Below are positions 24,422 to 36,252 of a stretch of DNA of 64,000 nt, one piece after another. The stretch lies in the NCBI GenBank assembly GCA_030390025.1, contig CM059427.1, positions 200,942,001 through 201,006,000 on the forward strand. Direction: 5' to 3'. Each line of letters starts with the position of its first letter. The stretch's first letter is position 1. The translations under genes were made by a program, and so were the position numbers. The notes beneath the pieces are model-generated. The model had not been told where the DNA came from and did not search any database. It saw nothing but the letters and a program-made list of their open reading frames with translations. This DNA comes from Squalus acanthias (lineage: Eukaryota).

Positions 24422-25302
24422 ATAAGAACATAAGAAATAGGAGCAGGAGTCGGCCATACGGCCCCTCGAGTCTGCTCCGTCATTCAATAAGATCATGGCT
24501 GATCATCGACCTCAACTCCACCTTCCCGCCCAATCCCCATATTCCTCGATTCCCTTCGTACCCAAAAATCTATCGATCTCTGAATATACTCAACGACTGA
24601 GCATCCACAGCCCTCTGGGGCAGAGAATTCCAAAGATTCACCACCCTCTGAGTGAAGAAATTCCTCCTCATCTCAGTCTTAAATGGCTGACCCCTTATCC
24701 TGAGACTATGCCCCCTGGTTCTAGACACTCCAGCCAGGGGGGAAACAACCTCTCAGCATCTACCCTGTCAACCCCCCCTCAGAATCTTGTATGTTTCAAT
24801 GAGATCACCTCTCATTCTTCTAAACTCCAGAGGGTATAGGCCCATTCTACACAATCTCTCATCATAGGACAGCCCTCTCATCCCAGGAATCAATCTAGTG
24901 AACCTTCATTGCACCGCCTCCAAGGCAAGTATATCCTTCCTTAGATAAGGAGACCAAAACTGTGCACAGTACTCCAGGTGTGGTCTCACCAAGGCCCTGT
25001 ACAATTGTAGCAAGACTTCCTTACTCTTATACTCCAACCCCCTTGCAATAAAGGCCAACATGCCATTTGCCTTCCTTATTGCTTGCTGTACCTGCATGCT
25101 AGCTTTCTGTGTTTGTTGCTCGAGGTCACCCAACTCTCTCTGAACACCAACATTTGAAAGTTTCTCACCATTTAAAAAATATTCTGTTTTTCTATTCTTC
25201 CTACCACAGTGAATAACCTCACATTTCCCTACATTATACTCCATCTGCCACCTTACTGCCCACTCACTCAGTCTATCTGTATCCCTTTGCAGACTCTTTG
25301 TG
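24422..25302 (-). mobile_element. CR1 3' fragment
   Basis: ORF 24906-25244 with CR1 ORF2 motifs. Confidence 0.88.
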
Positions 25303-25604
25303 TTCTCAGGTGACAGGTGGAGGTTCCTCCATGTTCAAGACAAGTCTCCCAAATCCCACTGCATCAGATAGTCTAGACTCATTGGTTTCTGAATTTTGCA
25401 CTGAAAAAAAAAATTCTGGACCCTCTGCTCCACATCGTTCCCTAGAAGGGATCCCCACGGACAAAATCAGTCCTGGAGTGCCTCACCCACACGCCCATTC
25501 CTTGTGTGTGATGGTCGGCAGTGAGCGGTGCCAGACTGTTTGAGTTGCGGAGGGGTTAGGGGCAGTGGCTGGTTTTGGTGGGGGCTGGCAGGGAGTGGAG
25601 GGGG

Positions 25605-27280
25605 AAGGGGGAAGGGAGGGTGTTGAAAGGGGGTGTGTGAAGGGGGAGTGAAAGGAGGGTGTTGAAAGGGGGTGTGTGAAGGGGGGTGTGAAGGGGGGGT
25701 GTTGAAAGGGGGTGTGTGAAGGGGGGGTGTGAAGGGGGGTGTTGAAAGGGGGTGTGTGAAGGGAGGGTGTTGAAAGGGGGTGTGTGAAGGGAGGGTGTTG
25801 AAAGGGGGTCTGTGAAGGGGGAGTGAAGGGAGGGTGTTGAAAGGGGGAGTGAAAGGAGGGTGTTGAAAGGGGGTGTGTGAAGGGAGGGTGTTGAAAGGGG
25901 GGTGTGTGAAGGGGGAGTGAATGGACGGTGTTGAAAGGGGGTGTGTGAAGGGGGAGTGAATGGACGGTGTTGAAAGGGGGTGTGTGAAGGGAGGGTGTTG
26001 AAAGGGGGTGTGTGAAGGGGGAGTGAAGGGAGGGTGTTGAAAGGGGGTGTGTGAAGGGGGAGTGAATGGACGGTGTTGAAAGGGGGTCTGTGAAGGGGGA
26101 GTGAAGGGAGGGTGTTGAAAGGGGGTGTGTGAAGGGGGAGTGAAGGGAGGGTGTTGAAAGGGGGTGTGTGAAGGGGGAGTGAAGGGGGTGTGTGAAGGGG
26201 GAGTGAAGGGAGGGTGTTGAAAGGGGGTGTGTGAAGGGGGAGTGAAGGGGGTGTGTGAAGGGGGAGTGAAGGGAGGGTGTTGAAAGGGGGTGTGTGAAGG
26301 GGGTGTGTGAAGGGGGAGTGAAGGGAGGGTGTTGAAAGGGGGTCTGTGAAGGGCGGGTGTTGAAAGGGGGGGTGTGAAGGGGGAGTGAAGGGAGGGTGTT
26401 GAAAGGGGGTGTGTGAAGGGGGAGTGAAGGGGGTGTGTGAAGGGGGAGTGAAGGGAGGGTGTTGAAAGGGGGTGTGTGAAAGGAGGAGTGAAGGGAGGGT
26501 GTTGAAAGGGGGGGTGTGAAGGGGGAGTGAAGGGGATGTGTGAAGGGGGAGTGAAGGGAGGGTGTTGAAAGGGGGTGTGTGAAGGGGAGTGAAGGGAGGG
26601 TGTTGAAAGGGGGTGTGTGAAGGGGAGTGAAGGGAGGGTGTTGAAAGGGGGGGTGTGAAGGGGGAGTGAAGGGGGTGTGTGAAGGGGGAGTGAAGGGAGG
26701 GTGTTGAAAGGGGGTGTGTGAAGGGGAGTGAAGGGAGGGTGTTGAAAGGGGGTGTGTGAAGGGGAGTGAAGGGAGGGTGTTGAAAGGGGGGGTGTGAAGG
26801 GAGGGTGTTGAAAGGGGGGGTGTGAAGGGGGTGTGAAGGGGGGGTGTTGAAAGGGGGAGTGAAGGGAAGGTGTTGAAAGGGGGTGTGTGAAGGGGGAGTG
26901 AAGGGAGGGTGTTGAAAGGGGGTGTGTGAAGGGGGAGTGAAGGGAGGGTGTTGAAAGGGGGTGTGTGAAGGGGGAGTGAAGGGAGGGTGTTGAAAGGGGG
27001 TGTGTGAAGGGAGGGTGAAGGGAGGGTGTTGAAAGGGGGTGTGTGAAGGGGGAGTGAAGGGAGGGTGTTGAAAGGGGGTGTGTGAAGGGAGGGTGAAGGG
27101 GGGGGTGTTGAAAGGGGGTGTGTGAAGGGGGAGTGAAGGGAGGGTGTTGAAAGGGGGTGTGTGAAGGGGGGTGTTGAAAGGGGGTGTGTGAAGGGGGAGT
27201 GAAGGGAGGGTGTTGAAAGGGTGTGTGTGAAGGGGGAGTGAATGGACGGTGTTGAAAGGGGGTGTGTGAAGGGAGGGTGG
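25605..27280 (+). repeat. G-rich compound minisatellite (GTGTTGAAAGGGGGTGTGTGAAGGGGGAGTGAAGGGAGG-like)
   Basis: About 1.7 kb of modular G-run repeats, almost no C on the + strand. Confidence 0.93.
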
Positions 27281-27815
27281 GTTGGGGCATAACTTTGAGG
27301 TTGACCCAAGGCAGCTTTGCAGCAGTGCCTCCATTTCACTCCCAGGAACCTCTGTGACCCGTCTCCAGCCACAAGGCTTCACCCCTCGAACCTGTGCGGA
27401 TCCCCGCTCCCACTTTCGGACCAGGGACATCGGCGCATGAGGAGGCCATTCAGCCCCTGGAGCCTGTACCGCCACTCAATCAGATCATGGCTGATCAAGG
27501 TACACCCCCCCCCCCCCCCAGTTCCCAGCTCCGACCCTCCTTCCTTGCAAGTTGGCCATATCTTGCGTTGGCCGCCCCCTCTCCTCCCCCCGCCCAGCTG
27601 GCCAATTGGGAGCTCTGCTACTGGTGAGGGGCGTCAGACACTGGGAACGACAGGAAAAACTCTTCATTGTTTCCCTGTTCTCAATTCTTGAAGGCGTCTC
27701 TAACGCCTTAAATTTCCTTCAAAAGCAAACAAAAGGCTGACTTGATAACATTGCATAATCATGGTGGGGGAGAGAGAGAAACCAACAACAGCAAAAACCA
27801 CCAAACAAAGCACTG

Positions 27816-27893
27816 GTTGGCCGTCAGAGTGTGAGTCACCAGTCGTTAAGGAAAGGTTGCTTCGTGAGGCTGAGTTTTGGAGAGTCACGTGAT
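27816..27893 (-). promoter_or_regulatory. S-X1-X2-Y-like module 5 (divergent)
   Basis: CAGCCT-N16-CTTAACGAC-TGG-TGACTCA..CCAAC plus GTCACGTGA. Confidence 0.5.
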
Positions 27894-28264
27894 ACTTCAG
27901 AAATCAACACTGGTCCCTCTACCAGGGCTAGTTTTCGACCTTTTTGTTCTGGATTGGCTGCAGTTCCATAGAATGTACAGCACAGAAACAGGCCATTCGG
28001 CCCCGCTGGTCCGTGCCGGTGTTTGATGCTCCACACCAGCCTCCCCCCCCACCCCTCTTCATCTCACCCCCATCAACATATCCTTCTATTCCTTTCTCCC
28101 TCATGTGCTTATCTAACTTCCCCTTAAATACATCTGTGCTATTCGCCTCAACCACTCCCTGTGGTAGCGAGTTCCACATTCTCACCACTTTTAAATCTAG
28201 TTTGCCAAGCCTTGGTTTATTCAGGAAGTAGCTCAAGGCAATGGAGAGGGTGCAGAAGGAATTC

Positions 28265-28800
28265 AGCAACAACAGCCTGCATTTATATAGCCCCTTTAAT
28301 GTAGTAAAACATCCCAAGGGGCAATTATCAAACAAAATTTGAGCAGATATAAGGAAGATATTAGGGCCGGTGACCAAAAGCTTGGCCAAAGAGGTGGGTT
28401 TTAAGGAGCGTCTTAAAGGAGGAAAGAGAGGTAGAGAGACGGAGAGGTTTAGGCAGGGAATTCCAGAGCTTAGGGTCTAGACAGCTGAAGGCACGGCCAC
28501 CAATGGTGGAGCGATGGAAAATCGGGGATGCGCAAGAGGCCAGAATTGGAGGAGCGCAGAGATCTCGGAGGGTTGTGGGGCTGGAGGAGGTTACAGAGAT
28601 AGGGAGGGACGAGGCCAGGGAGGGATTTGAAAACAAGGATGAGAATTTTAAAATCGAAAGCGTTGCTTAACTGGGAGCCAATGTCGGTCAGCGAGCACAG
28701 GGGGCGATGGGTGAACGGGACTCGGTGCGAGTTAGGATACGGGGCAGCAGAGTTTTGGATGAGCTGAAGTTTACGCAGGGTGGAATGTGGGAGGCCGGCC
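28265..28800 (-). mobile_element. L2 3' fragment
   Basis: [25 protein letters not shown] motif. Confidence 0.85.
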
Positions 28801-29939
28801 AAGAGATACAGAAATGAGTTTCTTCAGCTTTGAGGAGAAACCAGATAAATTGGGGCTCTTTGCGTTAGAACGGAGGATGTTAAGTGGAGACCTGATAGAG
28901 GGGTTCAAAATAACAAAGCGTTTGATTAGGTAAACAGGGAAGAACTATTCCCACTGGGAAACCAATCGGTAACTGGGGCGTTAAGATCATTACCAAAGGA
29001 ACAGAGAGGTTTGTGTTTTACACTGAGGGTAGTTGGGGCATGGAATGCTCGACCAGAAACATGTCAAGGAAACAGAATCCATAATCGCTTTTAAAAGGGA
29101 GGTGGATAAACATCTGAAAAAGAACAATAGGAACAGGAGGAGGCCATTCAGCCCCTCGAGCCTGTTCCGCCATTCAATGAGATCATGGCTAATCCGTACC
29201 TCAAATCCATTTACCCGGCTTTGCTCCATATCCCTTGATCCCCTTACCCAACAAAAATCTATTGATCTCATTCTTGTAAGCTCCAATTGACCTCCCCATC
29301 CCCACCCTGGCATCCACAGCTTTTTTGGGGGAGAGAGTTCCAGATTTCCACCACCCTTTGTGTGAAGAAGTGCTTCCTGACATCACCCCTGAACGGCCTG
29401 GCTCTAATTTTAAGGTTCTGCCCCCTTGTTCTGGACTCCCCCCACCAGAGGAAATAGTTTCTCTCTCTCTACCCTATCAAATCCATAATGTAAAAAGGTA
29501 TGGGGAAACGGCAGGGACTAATCGGACAGCTCCTTCAGAGAGCCAGCACAGGCAGGATGGGCCAAATGGCCTCCTTCTGTGCTGTACGATTCCATGTGAA
29601 TGTTGCTTGTTCATTCACGGCACAAATTTGGTGAATCTTCTTGGTCTCGCATCTCCGTCTCCTCTCATGAACACCGCGATGCCCCGACAACAATATCCCG
29701 ATATTCGGGGATGGTAATATAAACACAGGTTGTTGTTGTTGTTGATGGACCACTTCCGTTTATTGAACTTCTCCCCCTATGTGTGTCCCATTCTTATAAT
29801 CACTCTCTTGCACTTTATCTTAACTTCCTTTCAACCCCTTCCTGACCCTGTTGGTTTATCCAACTTTATCCTCTTTGCTTTGCTAAACATTTATTCCAAT
29901 TCTGACTTATTCTTTACCAGGACTTCAAAATGGTGGAAC

Positions 29940-31540
29940 TCCTCCCCTCCTCCCTCTCCCCCACCCTCCGTCTCCCCGCCCTCCGTCTCCCCCACCCTCC
30001 GTCTCCCCCACCCTCCCTCTCCCCCACCCTCCGTCTCCCCCGCCCTCCCTCTCCCCCACCCTCCGTCTCCCTGCCATCCGTCTCCCCACCCTCCCTCTCC
30101 CCCGCCCTCCCTCTCCCCGCCCTCAGTCTCCCCGCCCCTCCATCTCCCCCACCCTCCGTCTCCCCCGCCCTCACTCTCCCCCACCCTCCCTCTCCCCCAC
30201 ACTCCGTCTCCCCCACCCTCCCTCTCCCCCACCCTCCGTCTCCCCACCCTCCCTCTCCTCCACCCTCCCTCTCCCCGCCCTCAGTCTCCCCGCCCTCCAT
30301 CTCCCCCACCCTCCGTCTCCCCCGCCCTCACTCTCCCCCACCCTCCCTCTCCCCCACACTCCGTCTCCCCCACCCTCCCTCTCCCCCACCCTCCGTCTCC
30401 CCACCCTCCCTCTCCTCCACCCTCCCTCTCCCCCATCCTCCCACTCCCCCACCCTCCCTCTCCCAGCCCTCCCTCTCCCCACCTACTGTCTCCCCGTCCT
30501 CCCTCTCCCCCACCCTCCCTCTCACCCGTCCTCCCTCTCCCCCACCCTCCCTCTCCCCGTCCTCCGTCTCCCCACCCTCCCTGTCCCCGCCCTCCGTCTC
30601 CCCGCCCTCCGTCTCCCCGCCCTCCCTCTCCCCCGCCCTCCGTCTCCCCGCCCTCCGTCTCCCCGCCCTCCCTCTCCCCCGCCCTCCCACTCCCCCGCCC
30701 TCCGTCTCCCCGCCCTCCGTCTCCCCGCCCTCCGTCTCCCCACCCTCCGTCTCCCCGTCCTCCGTCTCCCTGTCCTCCGTCTCCCCGCCCTCCGTCTCCC
30801 CACCCTCCGTCTCCCCGTCCTCCGTCTCCCCGTCCTCCGTCTCCCCACCCTCCGTCTCCCCGTCCTCCGTCACCCCGTCCTCCGTCTCCCCCACCCTCCG
30901 TCTCCCCGTCCTCCGTCTCCCCGTCCTCCATCTCTCCGTCTCCCCGTCCTCCGTCTCCCCGCCCTCCGTCTCCCCACCCTCCGTCTCCCCGTCCTCCGTC
31001 TCCCTGTCCTCCGTCTCCCCCACCCTCCGTCTCCCCGTCCTCCGTCTCCCCGTCCTCCGTCTCCCCGTCCTCCGTCTCCCTGTCCTCCGTCTCCCCCACC
31101 CTCCGTCTCCCCGTTCTCCGTCTCCCCGTCCTCCGTCTCCCCGTCCTCCATCTCCCCGTCCTCCGTCTCCGCCGCCCTCTGTTTCACCCTCGCTCAGTCT
31201 CCCCTCCCTCACTCTCCCCTCCCTCAGTCTCCCCTCCCTCCGTCTCCCCTTCCACAGTCTCCCCTCCCTCAGTCTCCCCTCCCTCCGTCTCCCCTCCCAC
31301 AGTCTCCCCTCCCTCTGTCTCCCCTCCCACAGTCTCCCCTCCCACAGTCTCCCCTCCCTCTGTCTCCCCTCCCACAGTCTCCCCTCCCTCTGTCTCCCCT
31401 CCCACAGTCTCCCCTCCCACAGTCTCCCCTCCCTCTGTCTCCCCTCCCTCAGTCTCCGCTCCCACAGTCTCCCCTCCCTCTGTCTCCCCTCCCTCATTCT
31501 CCCCTCCCTCAGTCTCCCCTCCCTCAGTCTCCCCCTCCTT
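29940..31540 (+). repeat. C-rich minisatellite (CCCTCCGTCTCCCC[G/A], about 15 bp)
   Basis: About 1.6 kb array with unit drift along its length. Confidence 0.93.
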
Positions 31541-31565
31541 CAATCTTTAAAACACAAAAGTTTCG

Positions 31566-32040
31566 TGTCAGCTGTGGCTCAGTGGGTAGCACTCTCTCTC
31601 TCTCTCTCTCTCTCTTCTCGCCTCTGAGTCAGAAGGTTGTGGGTTCAAGACCCACTCCAGGGACTTGAGCACAAAAATCTAGGCTGACACTCCAGTGCAG
31701 TACTGAGGGAGTGCTGCACTGTTGGAGGTGCCGTCTTTCGGATGAGGCATTAAACCGAGGCCCCGTCTGCTCTCTCGGGTGGACGTAAAAGATCCCATGG
31801 CCACTATTTTGAAGCTGGGGAGTTACCCCTGGTGTCCTGGCCAATAGCATAACAAAAAAAACATGATCTGGTCATTATCATGTTGCTGTTTGTGGGAGCT
31901 TGCTTTACGTAAATTGGCTGCCGCGTTTCCCACATTACAACAGTGGCTACACTCCAAAAGTACTTCATTGGCTGTAAAGCGCTTTGAGACGTCCGGTAGT
32001 TGTGAAAGGCGCTATATAAATGCAAGTCTTTCTTTCTTTT
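31566..32040 (+). mobile_element. SacSINE1-like DeuSINE, full length
   Basis: Head, core and tail as at 3098-3545. Confidence 0.82.
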
Positions 32041-32139
32041 CACCTAACCATTACCAGAGTATCTATTGACGTCACTGCATCAGCCAATGCATTGGAGGTG
32101 GGGCGGGACTTATGGCAGGACTCACAACAAACAGTCTAT

Positions 32140-32490
32140 CTTACAGTAAACAGAGTCTATTTTACAGCAAACAGAGTCTATTTTACAGCAAACAGAGTCT
32201 ATTTTACAGCAAACAGAGTCTATTTCACAGCAAACAGAGTCTATTTCACAGCAAACAGAGTCTATTTTACAGCAAACAGAGTCTATTTCACAGCAAACAG
32301 AGTCTATTTTACAGCAAACAGAGTCTATTTTACAGCAAACAGAGTATTTCACAGCAAACAGAGTCTATTTTACAGCAAACAGAGTCTATTTTACAGCAAA
32401 CAGAGTCTATTTCACAGCAAACAGAGTCTATTTCACAGCAAACAGAGTCTATTTTACAGCAAACAGAGTCTATTTTGCAGCAGTCTATTT
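32140..32490 (+). repeat. 21-bp minisatellite (ACAGCAAACAGAGTCTATTT[T/C])
   Basis: About 16 near-identical units. Confidence 0.93.
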
Positions 32491-33119
32491 AAAAAGAATC
32501 TCTATGACTGAAACTACAGCAAAGTCACCCGATAAAAGCAGGGTGATTTCTCCAGCAGACTGCAGTGAGTGGAGGATAGTTACACAATACAAATGATGTG
32601 TGTAAAATCGATCCCCGTCACTGACAGCAGAGTGTGATTGGTGGGGGAATAGCGGTGTCACGATATGCAGTCATCTCCTTTCCTATATCTGGTGGTTGTC
32701 CTGCCATCTGGGCCTTCACTTCAATGAATCAAAGATAGAAAAATTAAATATTTATTTCAGCAGTTCATATCGACATACAGCTAGTTGTCTTTTTCCCTCT
32801 GCTCAAAGTGGTAACTCACGCTGGGATTTGTTTCCATGGATGCCGGCGGTTCTCTGATACCTCACCTAAGTAGTCATGCCCCATTGGTGAATCTAGAGAG
32901 TGAGTGTTGGTAGGCTATCCGACTATGGGAGGCGTCATGACCCAGCCAGATATCAACCCCCATCACCCCCCACCCCCGTCCTCACCTCAATTTTAAAATT
33001 CTCATCCTTGTTTTCAAATCCCTCCATGGCCTTGCCTCTCCCTCCCTATCTCTGTAATCTCCTCCAGCCCCACAATCCTCTGAGATCTCTGCGTTCCTCC
33101 AATTCTGGCATTTTAAAAA

Positions 33120-33765
33120 ATATATTCATTCCTGGGATGTGGGTGTCGCTGGCAAGGCCAGAATTTATTGCCCATCCCTAATTGCCCTTGAGAAGGTGGT
33201 GGTGAGCTGCTTCCTTGAACCGCTGCAGTCCGTGTGGTGAAGGTGCTCCCACAGTACTGTTTGGGAGGGAGTTCCAGGATTTTGACCCAGCGACGATGAA
33301 GGAACAGCCGATATATTTCCAAGTCAGGATGGTGTGTGACTTGGAGGGGAACTTGGAGGTGGTGGTGTTCCCATGCGCCTGCTGCCCTTGTCCTTCTAGG
33401 TGGAAGAGGTCGTGGGTTTGGGAGGTGCTGCCGAAGAAGCCTTGGCGAGTTGCTGCAGTGCATCTTGTAGATGGTACACACTGCAGCCACGGTGCGCTGG
33501 TGGTGGAGGGAGTGATGTTTAAGGTGGTGGATGGGGGGGCCGATCAAGCGGGCTGCTTTGTCCTGGATGGTGTCGAGCTTCTTGAGTGTTGTTGGAGCTG
33601 CACTCATCCAGGCAAGTGGAGAGTATTCCATCACACTCCTTACTTGTGCCTTGTAGATGGTGGAAAGGCTTTGGAGAGTCAGGAGGTGAGACACTCGCCA
33701 CAGAATACCCAGCCTCTAACCTGCTCTTGTAGCCACAGTATTTATGTGGCTGGTCCAGTTGAGCT
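33120..33765 (-). mobile_element. Non-LTR LINE 3' fragment (CR1-superfamily, third family)
   Basis: YKAQVRSVMEYSPLAW..LDTIQDKAARLI ORF2 C-terminal motif; related tails at 1-90, 36570-36740 and 44501. Confidence 0.8.
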
Positions 33766-33922
33766 GATGAAACCCCCAGAAATACATCCAATCAGAGCTG
33801 TTGACTCAAGGCTGATGCTCCAGTGCAGTACTGAGGCAGTGCTGCACTGTCAGAGATGTCAAATTCAGATGAGACATTAAACTGAGGTCTTTCCTGCCTG
33901 TTCAGGTGGATGTTAAAGTCTT

Positions 33923-34760
33923 AGGAGGAAAAATTGGGTATCGCCCCTTTTGGAGCGATAAAACCGGCTGGGCGCAAAGTTTAGCGCCTGGCGCTAATTA
34001 TCGCCTCCGACTGCAAAATTCGCCTCTATTGCCCCTGGAGGTGATTTGAGCACTAAATCAGGCGCTACACACCTCTCTTAAGGCGCAAACGTCAGGGAGC
34101 GAGGCGCTACCTCAGAACGCTACCGAAGCTCAGGCGACGTCAGTAACCATGGAAGCCAGACAGACTGGCTCTGTCCAGTTCTTAAAGGGGAGGGGCCATC
34201 TTGCTGGCCAGCCACACCCTGCTCATTGCAGTCTTGAATCTCGGCCTGGAGAGACCTTGAAAGCAATTGTGTTGGAAGCACTAATGGATAGGCCCAGGGA
34301 AAGAGCTCGGTGCTTAGGAACCTCAAAAGTGGTGCTGAGGGCCAAAACTCCTTAGGACAGCGTTAAATCTCTCCAGGCATCTCTCTCCCTCTCAACCTGC
34401 GTGTACCAAAAATGTTTCTGACAAAAAAAGGCAGGAAGCGGCCGCCTTTAAATAGCGCTCCCCCAGCCCCTTCCCGACTTGAAAATTTTCCCCTCTACCT
34501 GTCGTTCCTAGCGGCAGGCGCTAAGGCAGGGGGCGCGACTCAATATTCGGTCCGGGGCACTGCACGCTCGACTGACGTCGTGATCTGGGGGCGCAGGAGA
34601 TCATGGCGGTAGTGTTTAGCGCCGCCGCAAAACGACTGGGCAATTTCACGAGCGCTGCTAAAATCGCCGCGCTCGGGTGCTAAGTTCCTAGCGCCCCGTT
34701 AGCCCCCCCCCCCCCCCGAGGCGCTAACGGGAGGCGCTAACCAACCGAATTTTTCCCCCT
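33923..34760. mobile_element. GC/CpG-rich MITE-like DNA element
   Basis: Imperfect TIR AGG(A/G)GGAAAAATT(G/C)GG at both ends; subterminal AGCGCC/GGCGCT repeats. Confidence 0.6.
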
Positions 34761-35194
34761 CTAGGGTTGTTATTCTGGAAGGATGAGATCAAAGGGGCTA
34801 ATGGGTCTTCGTCATCCAGTCCGATCTAACCTCGCCTCGGAGTCAGAAGGTCGTGGGTTCAAGCCCCACCCCAGAGACTTGAGCACATAATCCAGGCTGA
34901 CACTCCCAGCGCAGTACTGAGGGAGCGCCGCACTGTCGGAGGTGCCGTCCTTCGGGTGAGACGTTAAAGCCGAGGTCCCGTCCGCGCTCTCAGGTGGACG
35001 TAAAAGATTCGAAGAAGAGTAGGGGAGTTCTCCCTGGTGTCCTGACCAATATTTATCCTTCAACCAACATTGCTAAAAAAAATAGGTAATCTAGTCATTT
35101 ATTTCATCGCTGTTTGTGGGATCTTGCTGTGTGCAAGATTGGCTGCCGTGTTTCCTACATTACAACGTTGACTATACTTCAAAAAGTACTGTTG

Positions 35195-35875
35195 AGCGCT
35201 CCCTCAGTACTTCCCCTCCGACAGTGCGGCGCTCCCTCAGTACTGCCCCTCCGACAGTGCGGCGCTCCCTCAGTACTGCCTCTCCGACAGTGCAGCACTC
35301 CCTCAGTACTGCCCCTCCGACAGTGCAGCGCTCCCTCAGTACTGCCCCTCCGACAGTGCAGCGCTCCCTCAGTACTCCCCCTCCGACAGTGCAGCACTCC
35401 CTCAGTACTGCCCCTCTGACAGTGCAGCACTCCCTCAGTACTGCCACTCCGACAGTGTGGCGCTCCCTCAGTACTGCCCCTCCGACAGTGCAGCGCTCCC
35501 TCAGTACTCCCCCTCCGACAGTGCAGCACTCCCTCAGTACTGCCCCTCTGACAGTGCAGCACTCCCTCAGTACTGCCACTCCGACAGTGTGGCGCTCCCT
35601 CAGTACTGCCCCTCCGACAGTGCAGCGCTCCCTCAGTACTGCCCCTCTGACAGTGCGGCGCTCCCTCAGTACTTCCCCTCCGACAGTGCGGCGCTCCCTC
35701 AGTACTGCCCCTCCGACAGTGCGGCGCTCCCTCAGTACTGCCTCTCCGACAGTGCAGCGCTCCCTCAGTACTCCCCCTCCGACAGTGCAGCGCTCCCTCA
35801 GTACTGCCCCTCCGACAGTGCGGCGCTCCCTCAGTACTTCCCCTCCGACAGTGCGGCGCTCCCTCAGTACTGCAT
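35195..35875 (-). repeat. 33-bp SINE-derived minisatellite next to the CD74 promoter
   Basis: About 20 units, then a minus-strand SINE head ending near 36000. Confidence 0.93.
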
Positions 35876-36055
35876 TGGGAGTGCTGCACTGTCTTATGTG
35901 CTCAAGTCTCTGGAGTGGGGACTATGAACCCACGACCTTCTGACTCAGAGGCGAGACAGAGAGAGAGAGAGAGAGCGCCGCCCACCAAGCCAGGGCTGAC
36001 AGATGACTCCGGGTGCTTATATTCGAGATCGGCTCATGTTGTGTTAAGTACGGTA

Positions 36056-36100
36056 GGGACTTTCCAGGCAGTTCAGTGCCAACTTCCTCTTCAAGATTGG
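36056..36100 (+). promoter_or_regulatory. CD74 proximal promoter: NF-kB site, PU.1/ETS site, inverted CCAAT
   Basis: GGGACTTTCC 36056-36065; ACTTCCTCTT (reverse AAGAGGAAGT) 36082-36091; ATTGG 36096-36100; about 150-200 bp upstream of the ATG. Confidence 0.75.
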
Positions 36101-36252
36101 TTGAGAAGTGATGAAAAAAAAAAGCCTTTATCAAGCTGCGCACACACACATCTCTCTCAGTACAGGAGTGAAGTCTTCAGTCTCGAGCAGTCACTGCACC
36201 AGATATCTCGGTAAAGGCAAGTTAGCGGAGTTTGTGACGACGAGGAGCCAGA

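Noticed and set aside
25467-27475. 607-639 aa Pro/His-rich ORFs
   Set aside because: Open in all three minus frames across a G-rich minisatellite; no splice or domain evidence.
27605-27640. Plus-strand X-like CTCTGCTACTGGTGA (similar at about 14196)
   Set aside because: No correctly spaced S or Y partner.
29730-31627. Extensin-like Pro/Ser-rich ORFs
   Set aside because: Translation of a C-rich tandem repeat.
35988-36010. X-box-like CCAGGGCTGACAGATGACTCC near the promoter
   Set aside because: Half of it is the terminus of a minus-strand SINE; no S box at 16 nt and the CCAAT is about 90 bp away.
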